Assembly (NCBI GenBank): GCA_963575745.1
Contig: CAUYUJ010000159.1
Coordinates: 62,001-126,000 of the forward strand
DNA: 64,000 nt
Direction: 5' to 3'
Source: Prorocentrum cordatum
Lineage: Eukaryota
This document shows positions 1 through 12,260 of this stretch, one piece after another. Made by a program: the position numbers and the translations under genes. How positions within the stretch are numbered: position 1 is the first letter of the stretch; every line of letters begins with the position of its first letter. A model generated the notes under the pieces. The model saw nothing but the letters and a program-made list of their open reading frames with translations, was not told the DNA's origin and did no database searches.

Positions 1-934
1 AAGTGTGAACTGGCAATAGCAGACTTCGACATCGCCCCCGTGCAGCACGGGGATCACATGAGGCTCGCATTCGAGATGAGCGAGAGCCTCACCAGAGGGC
101 AAAACCACACCAGGAGGCTCGCGGAACCGAAGGTTAGGCACACGAGTGTCCCAGATCAGGCGAAGAGCACCTGACTTCTTTCGAACGAAAAACAAGCCAC
201 TTTCTTCGAGTACATCATCGCTGACTTCCACAACGCCAGCGGCCCAGAGCTCAGAAACGAACTCTCCAAAAAGTTTGGGGTTATCCCGAAGAACGGGATC
301 AAGGGAAGAGGCTGCCATCAAAGCTGTCGCGGCGAGCGGCGGCCTCCTCCTCAGAAAGTAGGATTGACCGATCTTCAAGCGCAGACTGCAGGGCGGGCGG
401 CAGACACTCACTCAGCGCAACTCGCCCAGAGAGCCCCGCGGGAAGCGACACGTTCCCTTGCTCGAAGTTCGCCCGATCACCGACGGCCATCGCGTCATCC
501 GCGTAGCCGGGCCGCGTGCCCTGGAGCGCCTCCCACGCCCCCAGGGCGCCCCCGCAGTCAGGCGGGGGAGCGACGACTGATCCGCACTGCCGAGCAAGGT
601 GTCGAACGGCCGAGACCTGAGCAGAAGTCAAGGACGAAGGCGAGGCCGCCAGCGGCTCCGGGGCGCCCAGCTCGTTCAAGGCGCGGATGCCCTCGAACAG
701 CCAGCCCTCCTGAGCACGTCGACGTCGAAGCCGCCGCCGCTGGCTCTGGGACAGGCCCAGCCCGCTGGCACCCCCAGCGCAGATCTCCGAGGCGGCCGCC
801 AGGGAGATCGGCAGAACGTCGCGCTGCCTCATCTGCTGCGAAGCTGAAAGCGCCTCAGGGCGGCACCACCTGCCAGCCCTGAACCCCTCACGAAAGCCCT
901 CGAGGAGGCGGGGCAGTCCCCCCCGTGGCGGCAC
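1..934 (-). pseudogene. pol ORF N-terminus with reverse transcriptase motifs 1-3, broken by a 1-nt frameshift at ~301-305
   Basis: Manual translation of the reverse complement of 1-300 gives DPVLRDNPKLFGEFVSELWAAGVV...GLFFVRKKSGALRLIWDTRVPNLRF...LHGGDVEVCYCQF. This matches the F-V-x-KK-x-G-x-x-R-x-x-x-D-x-R-x-x-N motif and the first catalytic Asp region. It is +1 out of frame with ORF 299-934; removing one C from TTCCCTTGAT joins them as GSLFLDPVL. Confidence 0.8.
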
Positions 935-955
935 AAATCAGATGGAAGCAGGCCC

Positions 956-2164
956 TCAGGCCTCCTCCTTGGGACCTTTGGGCTTCTTCTTTGGATCAGC
1001 CGACGTCGGTCCCGCACCTTCTCCCTTGGCCAGCGCGGCCTCCTCACGCGCCTTGCGGCGCTCCTTCAGCACGGCGGCGCGGGCCGCCAGCTCCTTAGCC
1101 ACGTAGTCCTCCAGCTCAGGCATGACGATGGCGCTGCTCCTCAGATTCTTCACGCCGAGGAACAGCGAGCGCTCGCTCAGCCAGTCGTCGCCGCCCGAGC
1201 CGCCCGTGTCCACCTCCCGCAGCAGATCCTTGTAGGCGCTCTCCCACATCTGATAGCGCCGGCTCAGGAGCTCGAGCGTCGCCAAGTTGCAGACCTGCAT
1301 CTGATCGATCGTCATGCCGACCTCCAGGAGCTGGGACAACAGCAAGTGCTCGTCCACGCCGACGTCCGTCGCCGACAGCCCCATCACCGAGCGCCACCAG
1401 TAGTGCCGCTGCACCGGGCTGTGGTTGCCCTCGTAGATCGGCTCCGCCGTGTAATACGTCGAGCGCGGACCCTCGATCTCCCAGCTCTTGCCAAAGTCAG
1501 CGGGCTTCATGTCCTGCAGCGCGCTCGCGAAGGAGCGGCGGTAGCGCTGCTGGGCGTCCTGCCTGGCAGGCAGGATGCGGGCGTCGTCCTCGATCCCTGC
1601 AGCGTGGCCCGATGGCAGCGTGCCCTCGAGCCCTCCGCTCAACACGGTGCCGTCCGTCAGCTTGAAGATACAGCGATCGTTGGACTCGAACTCGACTGAC
1701 CCCAGCGAGGCGGCGAGGGCATCACCAAGCCCCACACTGCCCCAAGCCTCCAGCGCGCACCACTTCGCGGCAGGCCCGGCACCCGCGCCCGCCGCGATCG
1801 GCACAGCCGCAGGGGCCGCAGCCCCGCCGGGACGCAAGCCCCGCGCGAGAGCCTCTCCCGTGTCCATGTGGTACTGCCTGTCCTGGCCGAAGCGGTAGTG
1901 GTCGACCAGGTAGTGAGGGAGCACGCGCACCGTCGCGGGCGCCTGCCCGTTGGCCAGGAACCGCTTCAGGTCGTCGGCCTCGGCGAAGTCCTCCTCGAAG
2001 ATGTCCCAGTCCCGAGAGACGACGACCCACTTGGCGTCGCTGATGTGCCCAAGAAGGATCCGCTCATGCCATTCCACCGCTGCCCCGCCCGCGTCCTGAT
2101 AGTAGCTGACGAGGACCCGATCGCCTGGCTTGGCCGACCCCTGGAGCCATGCTAGCGTCGCCAT
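956..2164 (-). CDS. ORF1 / gag-equivalent of the DIRS-like element (402 aa)
   Basis: Long, compositionally normal ORF (EWHERILLGH..., basic and coiled-coil C-terminus) immediately upstream of the pol ORF. Confidence 0.65.
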   Translation of the reverse strand: MATLAWLQGSAKPGDRVLVSYYQDAGGAAVEWHERILLGHISDAKWVVVSRDWDIFEEDFAEADDLKRFLANGQAPATVRVLPHYLVDHYRFGQDRQYHMDTGEALARGLRPGGAAAPAAVPIAAGAGAGPAAKWCALEAWGSVGLGDALAASLGSVEFESNDRCIFKLTDGTVLSGGLEGTLPSGHAAGIEDDARILPARQDAQQRYRRSFASALQDMKPADFGKSWEIEGPRSTYYTAEPIYEGNHSPVQRHYWWRSVMGLSATDVGVDEHLLLSQLLEVGMTIDQMQVCNLATLELLSRRYQMWESAYKDLLREVDTGGSGGDDWLSERSLFLGVKNLRSSAIVMPELEDYVAKELAARAAVLKERRKAREEAALAKGEGAGPTSADPKKKPKGPKEEA

Positions 2165-2534
2165 CTTCCTCGACGATGGACACGAGCGTGTCGTTCACCA
2201 CCGGCGATGCACTCAAGCTGCGGCGTCCGAAGCTGCAGCCGATCAGCAGGCCAAGCGTTAAGGCGATAACCGAGAAGAACGCCAGCAGCCCGAGCAAGGC
2301 CGTGAGCCCGATCCCCGCAGCGGCCTCCGAGTGGCAGTGACAGTCGCACTGGCAGACGCACTGGTTCGAGCGCCCGACCAGCTCCGCCAGCAGACGGCAC
2401 TCTCCACTGACAGGCTCGGCGGCAAGCAGAGCCTCAGGCACCTCGCAGGTGCACTCGACTGGCGCGGGCCACAAGAGTGTACGCAGGAAGGCAAACTCTC
2501 GGAGTGCGGAGAAGCCGAAGAAGAGAGCTTCCAT
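2064..2534 (-). CDS. Small Cys-rich protein with a predicted transmembrane helix (156 aa), first ORF of the DIRS-like element
   Basis: ATG lies 11 nt downstream of an SL-like 22-mer. A CVCQCDCHCH cluster is followed by the hydrophobic stretch GIGLTALLGLLAFFSVIALTLGLLIGC. Overlaps ORF1 by 101 nt. Confidence 0.5.
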   Translation of the reverse strand: MEALFFGFSALREFAFLRTLLWPAPVECTCEVPEALLAAEPVSGECRLLAELVGRSNQCVCQCDCHCHSEAAAGIGLTALLGLLAFFSVIALTLGLLIGCSFGRRSLSASPVVNDTLVSIVEEDGDASMAPGVGQARRSGPRQLLSGRGRGSGGMA

Positions 2535-2544
2535 ATACCTCTGA

Positions 2545-2566
2545 CTTGAACCAAAAAGACTGCAGA
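2545..2566 (-). other. Degenerate spliced-leader (DinoSL) relic
   Basis: Minus strand reads TCTGCAGTCTTTTTGGTTCAAG versus TCCGTAGCCATTTTGGCTCAAG: 17/22, ungapped, terminal CAAG kept. Confidence 0.6.
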
Positions 2567-2610
2567 GCGGAAAACGGATGACGAGGTCAGGTCATTTCCG
2601 TGGGGCACGA

Positions 2611-2611
2611 A

Positions 2612-2658
<47 letters not shown>

Positions 2659-3000
2659 GCATCATCATCATCATCGCCAACAGCATATCTATCATCATCC
2701 TCTCATCACCAACATCAGCATCATAATCATTGTCCTCCTCATCCTCATTCTCGACTTTAACCTCATCACCATCCTCTGCATCATCATCGTCATCACCATC
2801 ATCATCATCATCATCGTCATCATCCTTGTCCTCATCCTCAACGTCAGCCCCACCCCCATCCTCATCCTCGTCCTCCTCTTCCTTCTCCTCGTCATCATCA
2901 GCGTCACCATCAGCACCAACATCTCATCATCATCAGCAACATCATCATCCTCATCAAACTCATCATCATCCTCATCATATCATCATCCCTCCGCCTCCTC
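2611..3000. repeat. (CAT)n/(CCT)n degenerate trinucleotide microsatellite
   Basis: Directly visible. Confidence 0.95.
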
Positions 3001-3679
3001 CTTTTCGGTCGGTCGGTCGGTCGCATGGCGGACAATAGGTGTCAATATGGTGAGAAAGATGAGAGACGCCCAATGAGTGAATAACAAAGCAGGCAGCGAA
3101 AGCAGACCGGCGAGGCGGGCTACACAAGCTGCCACGCACAAGGCGGGGCCACATACGTGGAGACAAACAGGGGTACTATCACTATGCGGGTGAGATAATA
3201 TAGAGGAAGAGGGAAATAGCAATACACCTAGGAAAATCAGAGCCGCCCCCCACATCAGGGCAACAGGGCACTGCCGACAGAGAGCCGACACCCACTCCGT
3301 TGGTACTGCGAAGTGGAAGGCCGCGCACCGAGTGGCTCCCTTGGGAGCTACATCCTTCCCCGCGGAACCCTTCCACCGTCGACTGGCGGTGCTTGGAGCA
3401 CCAGTTCTGCAACAGTGACAAACATCAACAACAAACAAAAGAGATAGCATGCCGAAGTCGTCATAAAGTACGCGGAACGGGTACCCTGTGCTGCATGCAA
3501 TCCATGGCCACGGCTTGGATCACATAAAGGTCGTAAGGCGCAGCAAACCGTCGCAGTGAATCTGGGATGCCCCACCCGCCGGAACCGTCGGACAGATCTA
3601 TGGCCTGGCCTAATGGGGTCGGGGGGGGGGGGGCCAGGGCAGACCTCCGGGAACCTATCTCGCGCTTCCTGAGCAATGG

Positions 3680-4430
3680 CAGAAACCAAAAACTGGCACA
3701 GTCCAGGCGGGTGCGTCTTGAGAGGCGTCGCCCTCCCCAACCCGTCAGATCCTACACCCCGTATGCCGCGATGCCGCGCAACGTGAGTACATGACCCCCT
3801 GCCTGGTTTGGCTTCCAACAGGGCGCGCAGGGCGGGTCACCTGACGGCCAAGAGGGTAGTAGGTTTCTTGTACTCCCCCCAAACATACACTGGTGAATCT
3901 TGAGCGCGCGCAGTTGCGGAAGGGCCTCTAGACGCCACGCTTGCGGCAGTTTCCAAGGACTGGGGGCCTCAAGGAAACGATCGCGCGCCGAGGGGTGCCC
4001 CATGACGCCGCGGATGTTCAGGGGCCAGCATTCATACAAAAGTCGGATGGTCTTCCTCAAAAGAAAACTCCCCACGCGCACCTGTTCCCTTTACTCTGGG
4101 GGAGATGTGGCCCAAGCCCCACGGGGACCCGCGAGACCTCGGAGGCCTGGGGGGCCCACGCCCTCCAGGGGCGTTGCCAGGGACAGGAAGATACCGCGCC
4201 GGGGACCAAGTCTCGCAGGGGGGGCCCGCCACCATGGCGGCCACCTTGCCCGATCCCATGAAAGCCACCCATAGCTGAATGGCCCCCTCAGGTCACCGAA
4301 CTCAGGGCGGCATGCAACATCCACGCCCAACGCGCACAAACGGGCGGGGAGCGGGGCACAAACTCCTCAATGCACAATGGGAGATCACCCTCTCTTCGAA
4401 AGCGTGAGAAAAGATCAATGCAAACTTGGA
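3680..4430 (-). pseudogene. C5 DNA cytosine methyltransferase domain (frameshifted)
   Basis: Motif I-like FSRFRREGDL (~4381-4410), then ALGVDVA...GDL, catalytic motif IV AGPPCETWS (~4205-4230), motif VI-like VMGHP, motif VIII-like IHQCMFGG..., and motif X-like LKTHPPGLCQFL. All are in the expected order across frames. Confidence 0.8.
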
Positions 4431-5399
4431 GGGGCGCGCGGGCATGGGAGAGGGGGCGACGGCAGAGGCAAGGGGCGCAAGGAGACGGGCAGGGGAAAGA
4501 AGCTCAGGCCTGCCCCCACCGTCTTGTTTGCGTGAGCAGGCGATCCGCGGGGCAATGGGCGGCCCCATGCATTGAACAGGTGGCTGCTTCTAGGCGCTCA
4601 CGCTCACTGTGCCCCATGCCCCTGCTGTTCCGGGGCCGACAAAGAGACGGGGAGTTGCGGAGACGCTGGGTGGGCCTAGGAACATTAGCAAAGCCCTTGA
4701 GACACATCTGGCATACACTACCCACTGCCAACATAGTCGGGGTGGAAACAGCCTTATGTTTACGCCCAGTGTGCGCTCGAACCGCTAACCCGGATGGGGG
4801 TCGGAAGTCACGCTGCGGGCACTTAACAAAGGGCCCTCGTTGCTGTCAGAAGCAAGAGGGGGGTCCTTCGCCAAGGCCTTGAGTAGGTGCTCCCAAGCAA
4901 TTAAATGATGCTGGTCATCCCAGAAGGCTCGCATCTTAGGTATGGCCGAACACAGCATGCCGCTTAGCTCCCTGGGCTGGGCGCGCGCAAGAACAAAAGC
5001 CTCACTTGCAGACTCGCACGTGGAATGTGTAACAAAGTCCAATAAGAAACAGGGGCCCAGCGTATCCTCCGTGACCAGTGAGGCCCAGGACCCAACTACA
5101 GGAATATGCATATCAACAAAGACACGGACCACAGATGGAGCGGATCTGATCATGCGATACAGGTGTCTTAGCCTTGCTACCGTGGCGACCACATGGACAA
5201 GGCACTCCCCCCTTGATCCGCGATGCACCTCAGCTGACAAATCATGGAGACTGGCCCTGTTGGAAGACGGTAAGCTCAGGGCCGCGCGGTAGAAGGTACA
5301 GCGCGCCGCGCGCATCCTCCTGCACTGCGCTTCCGGAAAAAAAGGGAGACCACGAGCCCACTCCATACATGAGCACCGGGGCTGATAATGCTTCCGAGT

Positions 5400-6800
5400 A
5401 TAGCACCTTGGCAGAGAGAGGGCCGCCCTGGGCCCCACAGTAGCTTTAATGGGGGCCAAAGATGCTCTCGCTTGAGCGGCCCGAAACGAGACTTCACTCG
5501 CCATCGATTCCCAGAGGCGTCAAACTGGGCCCCAAGAGCCTTGCGCGCGGAGTAAATAGGGAAACAAACGCCCCACTTGCCGGAGGGAGCGCGCACAACA
5601 TAGCGGCCAGAAAAACAAAGGGACCCAGGCCCCCTCAGATGATGCGGCACCTTCGTCTTGGCAGCGTTGGGGCGCGACCCATATGATAAGCAAGGCGCAT
5701 TAACCAGCTCCGATATGCCACCGCGGTGGCTGGAACGTCTGTCGCCCTGCGCACTAACGTAGACACTGTAAGATCATCAACAGTGGGGGGCCACTCTGCA
5801 TGCGCTGCCAGTCCGCGGGGGCGGGGCAGGCAGGTTCAGGGGGGGCAGAGACATCGGCAGCCCCTTCACCTAGGTGTCGAAGGCCCTCGCGAATCTTGAT
5901 AAGGGCGCACCTGAAAACAAAATGGAAAACATCCGTGGCCAAGACCGTGCCAGGTCTTGCACCGCCGCCAGGTAGCACAACACCAGACGCTTCCCTCACT
6001 TGCCAGAAGGGGGCCCGTTGAGATTCACGAAGCAGCGCCAACAGGCGAGCAGAGCATTCCGCACAGAGCAGAGCAAAATTCTCTCGAGGGGCTTCTCCTC
6101 GCGCAGAGCATTCGCTGCCCCCTGGCACAGCAGAGGGGGCAGATGCACGCGTTCCATCGCCTCCTCCAATCTGTCCTCTTCCCCAGGGAGAGAAGCCGCA
6201 CATTGTCTTCCAACGCTACAGAAAGCATCCACAATGTCAAATGATAACGCGACAAAGGGGAGCCCGTGTCCCTGAGCGACCTGCGCGCGCAGGAATATGC
6301 CGCGCAGTGACATCTCAGGGCCCCAGCGGGGACCCCCCCGCACTGCTGCTCAGCCAATAAGCACGTGCACGGGAAATCCATCGCCAGAGAACGAATATGA
6401 CGAGGACAGAACTTACGGATCGCACTGGCCATGGCGATCTGACGCTGACCTTTCGCCGTCAGGGGGGGGGGGGGGGGGTCGTGGAAAAACGCAACCTCGC
6501 CAAACTTAGACGCAACGCAATGGGTTCACGGGCGGCCAGGGTAATGTTGCACATCAAGTGGCGCAGAACCGTTGCCCTGGCCTGGGGGGAGCGAGGAAGG
6601 GGGGGAGATGGGGGAAGGGGGGGGGGGGGGGGCTGGAGCAAGTCGGAGGGGGACCCATCGGGGCCAAGGGCCTTCCCCGCCCGCAGGCTTCGAACAATGT
6701 GCTCGAGATCGATCGCAGTGGAGACAATGTCGAGCTCGCGGGGGCTGAGGGGGGTAGCAGATCAGGTAGTCGATTGAAGGCTTGGATGACCTCCTGCAGG
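5400..6800 (-). pseudogene. Non-LTR reverse transcriptase domain (heavily frameshifted)
   Basis: GGVPRWGPEM (motif 2a), LSFDIVDAFCSV (motif 3, ~6215-6245), GARPGTVLATDVF (motif 4, ~5930-5965) and VDDL (~5770-5782). Confidence 0.75.
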
Positions 6801-7649
6801 GATGCGTGTCTTCCTAGCTCGACTTGGCAAAAGTGCCTCTGCATATCAGAGCTGGCTTGTTCCTGCGAGGCTAGCGCCTTGCCTTGTGGGGGGGCCTCGC
6901 CTCTCTCAGCAGCCACGCCAGATGTGACAACTCGGAGGGGGGTTCAATCATCAGAGGAAGTGCATCTGGTGTCTTGGCGGCTCCCTTTTTGCCTGCCCCC
7001 CGCTGCCAGGAGGGCCGGCAGTCGTTCCCATTGTTGGCGCGGCAATTCGGCGCCGATAACACCGAGACATCCCTGGCGTGATTTTTCTCCGGAAACCACG
7101 CGCGGCCCTGGTCCAGGACACGCGATAAAACAAGGCTGCTGGAAATCAAGAATGCAACCGCCATATCGGCAAACAGATATGGGTCAGCCGACCACCTTCT
7201 GAACTGCCACGCTTGCTGGATAAGCACTTCCGCCGCCTCCCACAGGGTAGGAGTGAATCTGGCCTCAGCGGCCTGATGGAGAACCCCTCCCGCGATTCCC
7301 TCGACAAAGCTGAAAAGGGAGAGGACAAACGGACGAACCTGAGCCGAGCTAACTGGGGCCTTGTCCAAGGGTGTGCCACTTTCTTGTGGCGCGAATGGCT
7401 GCCCTTCTCCGTCCTACAAGGTCAAGCACCTGCGGGGGAACGTGTTCCTGCTTGGGCTCGCGGCCAGGGTATCCAAAGCATCCCTTGGCCATCTCAATGG
7501 TGCTCTCAGGTATCTCTTGCAAGTGATCATGCATGTCGCATTCCAATGAGGTGGTCGATGAGCTTTGTAGACCGTCGGGAAACTTGGCTCTGGCCTCATC
7601 AGAGCACAACAGCAGGAGGGCCCAACTTGGGGCACCTGGGGGAGGAGGC

Positions 7650-8400
7650 AGAAAAAGGGGGATAACGACCACTGAAAGAAAGCAACAATGGGAATGTGAT
7701 CACGAATGCATCGGCAGTCGTCAAAATATGGAAGGGTGTGACAAGCAGACGCAAGTGAGAGAAACGTCCGGTCTACCATGATGTTGTCAATGCGGTGAGC
7801 CTTGCCTCCCAGCTCGGTGAACGCGTGACCAGGCTGGCCATCAGCAAGTAAGGTGTTCAAAAGCGAGAGGTCGAATTGCATGGCTGTTCGGTGCAGCTCG
7901 TCACCTGTTGCGCCCTGATCTTGGGGGAACCCTTCATTGCCAACCGCATTCGAGGTGATGATGCCCACGTGGGCAATGACATCAATGAAACATACCTGCG
8001 GGGCCCACTCTGAGAAGAGCGTCCTTAGCTTAGTCCAGAATCGCAAACGGAACTCGCGCGTTCTTTTGGCATGGGGCGCAAGGGCCACAACCGCTGTGAG
8101 CGCGATGGAAGGAGCGCAAATTCGCGAGACCAGTATCCGAGGATCAGCGTGCAGGATGCGCACGTGCTTAGGTTCAAATATCAGGCCCCGCTCCCCAAAC
8201 TTGGCATAGGGCACCTCGCAATTGACCCACGGCTCCACCCCGAGCCCACCCTCCCCCCAAACAGCAGAGGTCCCCGAATAAAGAATCACAAAGCCGTCGG
8301 CGCATCTAACCCCACGAGGATTTCTGGCCACTTTAATGCCCACCAGGCGGGCCCCCATGGAGCCAAACTGGAACCTGGGGATCTGGTTACGGGCGCGCCG
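7650..8400 (-). pseudogene. APE/EEP endonuclease domain of the LINE-Dnmt
   Basis: In ORF 7414-8619: GLGVEPWVN, ALAPHA, FIDVIAHVG (degenerate GDxNA), HRIDNIMV and DHIPIVAF. Confidence 0.75.
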
Positions 8401-8699
8401 GGCCTTGCCGAGGGCCCCGTTGGCCGCGCGGGCGGGCGCGGACCTAGCATTGCGCTGGGCAGCTGCAAGGCCTACAACCCCCCCTGGGGCTTTGACCTCC
8501 TCGGTTCTCTCTAGGAGGGAAATGTGCGAGTCCACGGCCCTACGCGAGAGCAAAGGCGTGCTGATGTCGAAATCCCATGCAGGAAACGCACCCGCGGGGC
8601 CAACATCCAAGTGACGCACCCACTCCCACTCGAGGCCCAGGTGGAAATCAGCGCAGGCGACCAGACTGCAGGCAGAACAGAGGGAGGAGCACGCCCCGG

Positions 8700-9140
8700 C
8701 AGCGTACCACGAGCAACGTGGCCCAAAAGGTCATGCCAAGGATGTCCATTATGAGCCTTGACGCGGGAGACGCGGGCTTGCTTGCGCAGGCTTAGGATGC
8801 AACGAGCGCGTGACGCGCGCCAGGAGATAATCTCTGGACGGCGCTGTCTCTCCCAGCAGGGCCTTGACTGCATTCATAGGGTACTCTATGTGAACGGGGG
8901 GCGAGTCGGGTAAAAAGAAAAAAGAGAAGCATGATGATCGCCCGCAAAAGGGCGGCATGCTCCGAGTCGGCGCAGGCAAGGGCGCGGTCGGGCATCGTCC
9001 TGCAGGCGCGGCGCACTTTGCCACGATACTTCCCGTCATATGAAAAACCCTGGTCTTCGTGAAACACAAGTATGAAAGCCCAGGCTGCGATATCATCATC
9101 ACCGTTTTTGACAGCCATCACTAAACGCGGAGATGGAATT
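8700..9140 (-). pseudogene. RNase H domain located upstream of the endonuclease
   Basis: ISAFSDG (~9113-9135), AAWAFIL, DSEHAALLRA and SRVKAHNGHPWHDLLGHVA read across frameshifts, in RNase HI motif order. Confidence 0.65.
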
Positions 9141-10520
9141 CCAAGCCCCCCGACGGGGAGGGCAGAGCTCCAGTGCGATGTTGGCCTCCTCCGGCGCCCC
9201 CGTCAGGTCCTCGACGCTCAGATCAGGTGCAGGAAAGGAGCAGCAGAGGATTCTACCCATAACTCATGGCACAATAGGCAGCTTAAAGCTAGTGGGGCCC
9301 CTAGTGGGCTCATGGAGGTGCAGGGCCGAAGTTCCAGGACAAACGGCCGTGGCACTACTAGGGACCCCCGCAAGGCCCCCACATAAAATGACGACCAATG
9401 AAAGATCGGCACAACAAACAAACATATAAGAGCAACAACACTTAACGATACGACTGTTGCAGAGCTGGTGCGACGCATGACAGGCGAACGCTAATGCATC
9501 ACTCACTTGGCATGGGGGGGGTACTCTGGCGCCATCGACGAGGTGGCAGAATGGGTCGACGCGAAGCAGTGTGCAGGTCGCGCCACCCCACGACAAACAA
9601 CGGGGTAACTCCCAATGTGTTGGCGAGGCATCGAGGATCGCGAGCAGCATGAGTTCGGACAACGCGAGCCAGCCTTGCATAGTTGACAGACTGGCCGCAC
9701 CAAGAGCTGAGCACCCAGAATGGTTACCCACAGCCAGTGTTCCGAGATCATTGTTTGTCTCAGTCTGCAACGCGCAAGCCCCTGGCCGTTGAGATCCACG
9801 CGCCATCCCCGTCCTCCTCCCCCCGAGCTCAAACCTCCCAGCCCTTCCCCTGGTCCAGGCCGACGAGCTCTAGCGCTCGCCGTTGGGCTGAGCGCACGGC
9901 GACCTTTGCGCAGGCGCCGCCGCTAGCGGGCTGGCAAAGGACAGGCAGCGCGAGAAACCGAACCTCCCCTCCTCACGCTCACCCCGCCCTCCACCCTGAA
10001 GAATTGTTGCGCCAGGGTAGCTGTCGATCGTCGGCTCCGTGGATGCTCGCGCTTCACCCCTATGCCCAGGGCCGCGCAAGCTTCCAAGCGCAGTTCTGGA
10101 GTCTAAAGAGGCTTGTCGAAAGACGCACCGAGCGCCCCCCCCCCCCCCCCCCCCCCCCGCGGCCGCGCGCTTAGCCTGCTGCATGGGCAATCGGGAGAGG
10201 GGGGGGGGGGGGGGCGCGATGGGAGGAGGTGGGGGCAACGGTATTGCCCGGCAACTTCGAGTCGGCAGGCACTTGCAGAGTGGGCCCTGGGCGCGCAGCT
10301 GCTGGATGCAGAGCGCGGTTGGCGCTGGCTTCACATGCGGCGACAATATTGCCGCCAGGACGGAAAACCGGCAAAGGTAACTGGCAAACATCACACTGAA
10401 AGCACGCGCATGAGAGGTGGAGGAGGCAAGCTCGACGAAGATGAATTCCATGAGGGATGGGGGGGAGAATGCCTCGCATATAGCTAAAGTCGGCAGAGGC
10501 TCTTCGCTGCGTCGACACGC

Positions 10521-12260
10521 TCAACCCTGCGCGGACGCTGCGCCTTTCTGCCGTTTGCGAGGGGGGCTCGCCACCGCGTCGCCGGGCTCTGGCGGGTGTG
10601 GGCATGCATCTACTGGGCAGCTGCGCGCCCCCTCGATCTTGGCAACTGCGGCCTGCATTTCTGCTATTGAAAGCTGGGTCGCCCCGTCCGCATTGGCATG
10701 CGAATCTGGGGCGGCGATCAAATTCGCGGCTGAATACGTCGGGGCGGTCACTAGAGGATCTTCCTCGCAGGCGCCCCCAGGGGGCATCATCTGGGCGGGT
10801 GAGATCGGCTCGAGCATTCGAGGTGCGGGGATCTGCGCAGGGTCGAACTCCCCCTGAACTTCCCGCTTGGTCTGGGACAGCGGCGTCGGCCACGGGCCAG
10901 GTAACGTGGCCGGTGCCTTCGGCGTCGCTGGCGCCGGCGTAGGTGTGTCGGGTTGCGCAGGCGGCGGCGATGGCGAGACTGGGCATCTGCCATGGGCTGG
11001 CGGCGTGGCCGCGCGCGGTGTCGGGGGCTCTCCCGTGGTCGGCGGTGCCCGTGCCTGACTCGGGCTCGACTGGCGTGGCGCACCCCCAGTCGGCCCCGTA
11101 GACCCCGACGCTGATGCTGATGAGGAACCTCTGTCACTGGCAACTCTCATCGCCTGCACCACCTGGCCAATGGTCGAAATGCTCTGGTCGCGCTGGTTGG
11201 AATCTGTCAATCAGCAACTTCATCATGTCTAGCATCTGCGAGACCTGGTCTGATGATGCCTGCTGGGCTGCGGGCTGCACGGGGGCTTGAACAACAGCTG
11301 GCGGCGGCGGAGGCGGGCGCCTGTACTGGGCGTTCGCTCTCCCGAAGCCGTTTGTCGCAGGCGGCATTCCAGCGCCCAGGGCGTGCTCAGGCGGCGGCGG
11401 GACAAACCCTGGCGGCACGCCGAAGGCAGGCGCACGCTCCTGGGGAGGTGGTGCCGCCTGTGGGGCCCGCTGCCAAGCTGGCCGTCCGCCGCCAGGGCGA
11501 GGCCCCGCTCCCGCCGCGCCGGCGGCCGTCCACGCCACGTCGTCCTCGGCGCCCTCCTCCTCGCGCTCGTGCTGCTGTAGTTCCTTGCGCTCCGCGTGCA
11601 GAACATTGATGGCGTCGAGCCCCCGACTCTGTAGGTGGGCAGTCATGTCGCGAACCGAGCGCAACTTGTCATGGGCAACATCTCGCATTGACTTGATCTT
11701 GCCGAGCTGGACCGATGTCTTAAGACTGAGCCATGAGTTTCAGAACAGATATCTCGGCAATCAAGTAATCGACGCACTTGCCCGCGTCGCGGGCGCTGGG
11801 CCCGAGGGCCCCGATCTGGTCCATCTTCCTACAGACACGAGCCTTGACATCCTGGATCTGCGCGGGGTCCGTCGGGGCGCCCTCGTAGGTGTCGGGCCGC
11901 GGCCTCTGAGGCGGGTAACCGATGGCAGCGCGCGACACATGTACAATCCTAGATAGGAAGACACGCAGCGCCTTGGATCGCTGAACGGGGCCCATCTCCT
12001 TTGCCTTTTTGCCCACCTTTGACTCGGGGCATTCTGGGCTGGCTGTTGGGGCGCCGCTGTCTCCAGGACCAAGTGTGGATGCCGTTCTTCGCGCAGTTGC
12101 TGTCAAAATGTTGACCGCAGAAGCACTGCCGATGATGACCCTTCACTCGACGTGCACATGATACAAAGTTCCAATGACGTCCTGGAATCGGTCCTTGGGC
12201 TCTGTATGACATCTGGGCAGAATGACGAGAGCGGAGAAAGGCTTCTGCGCTGGCCAACTT
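10521..12260 (-). pseudogene. ORF1-like region of the LINE-Dnmt (fragmented; helical then Pro/Ala-rich)
   Basis: Consecutive fragments 11720-12106, 11134-11688 and 10521-11210 lie between the SL relic and the RNase H domain. Confidence 0.45.

Larger units (their letters stand above)
1..2610 (-). mobile_element. 5' part of a DIRS-like (LTR/DIRS-class RT) retrotransposon running off the left edge of the window
   Basis: Three stacked minus-strand ORFs (2064-2534, 956-2164, <1-934). The last leads into RT motifs of the LTR/DIRS class. The sequence switches abruptly to (CAT)n at ~2611. No tyrosine recombinase or integrase is visible in the window, so DIRS is inferred from the ORF layout. Confidence 0.7.

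Noticed and set aside
299..305. Programmed frameshift in the DIRS-like pol ORF
   Set aside because: A single extra C explains it and there is no slippery heptamer, so mutation or sequencing error is more likely.
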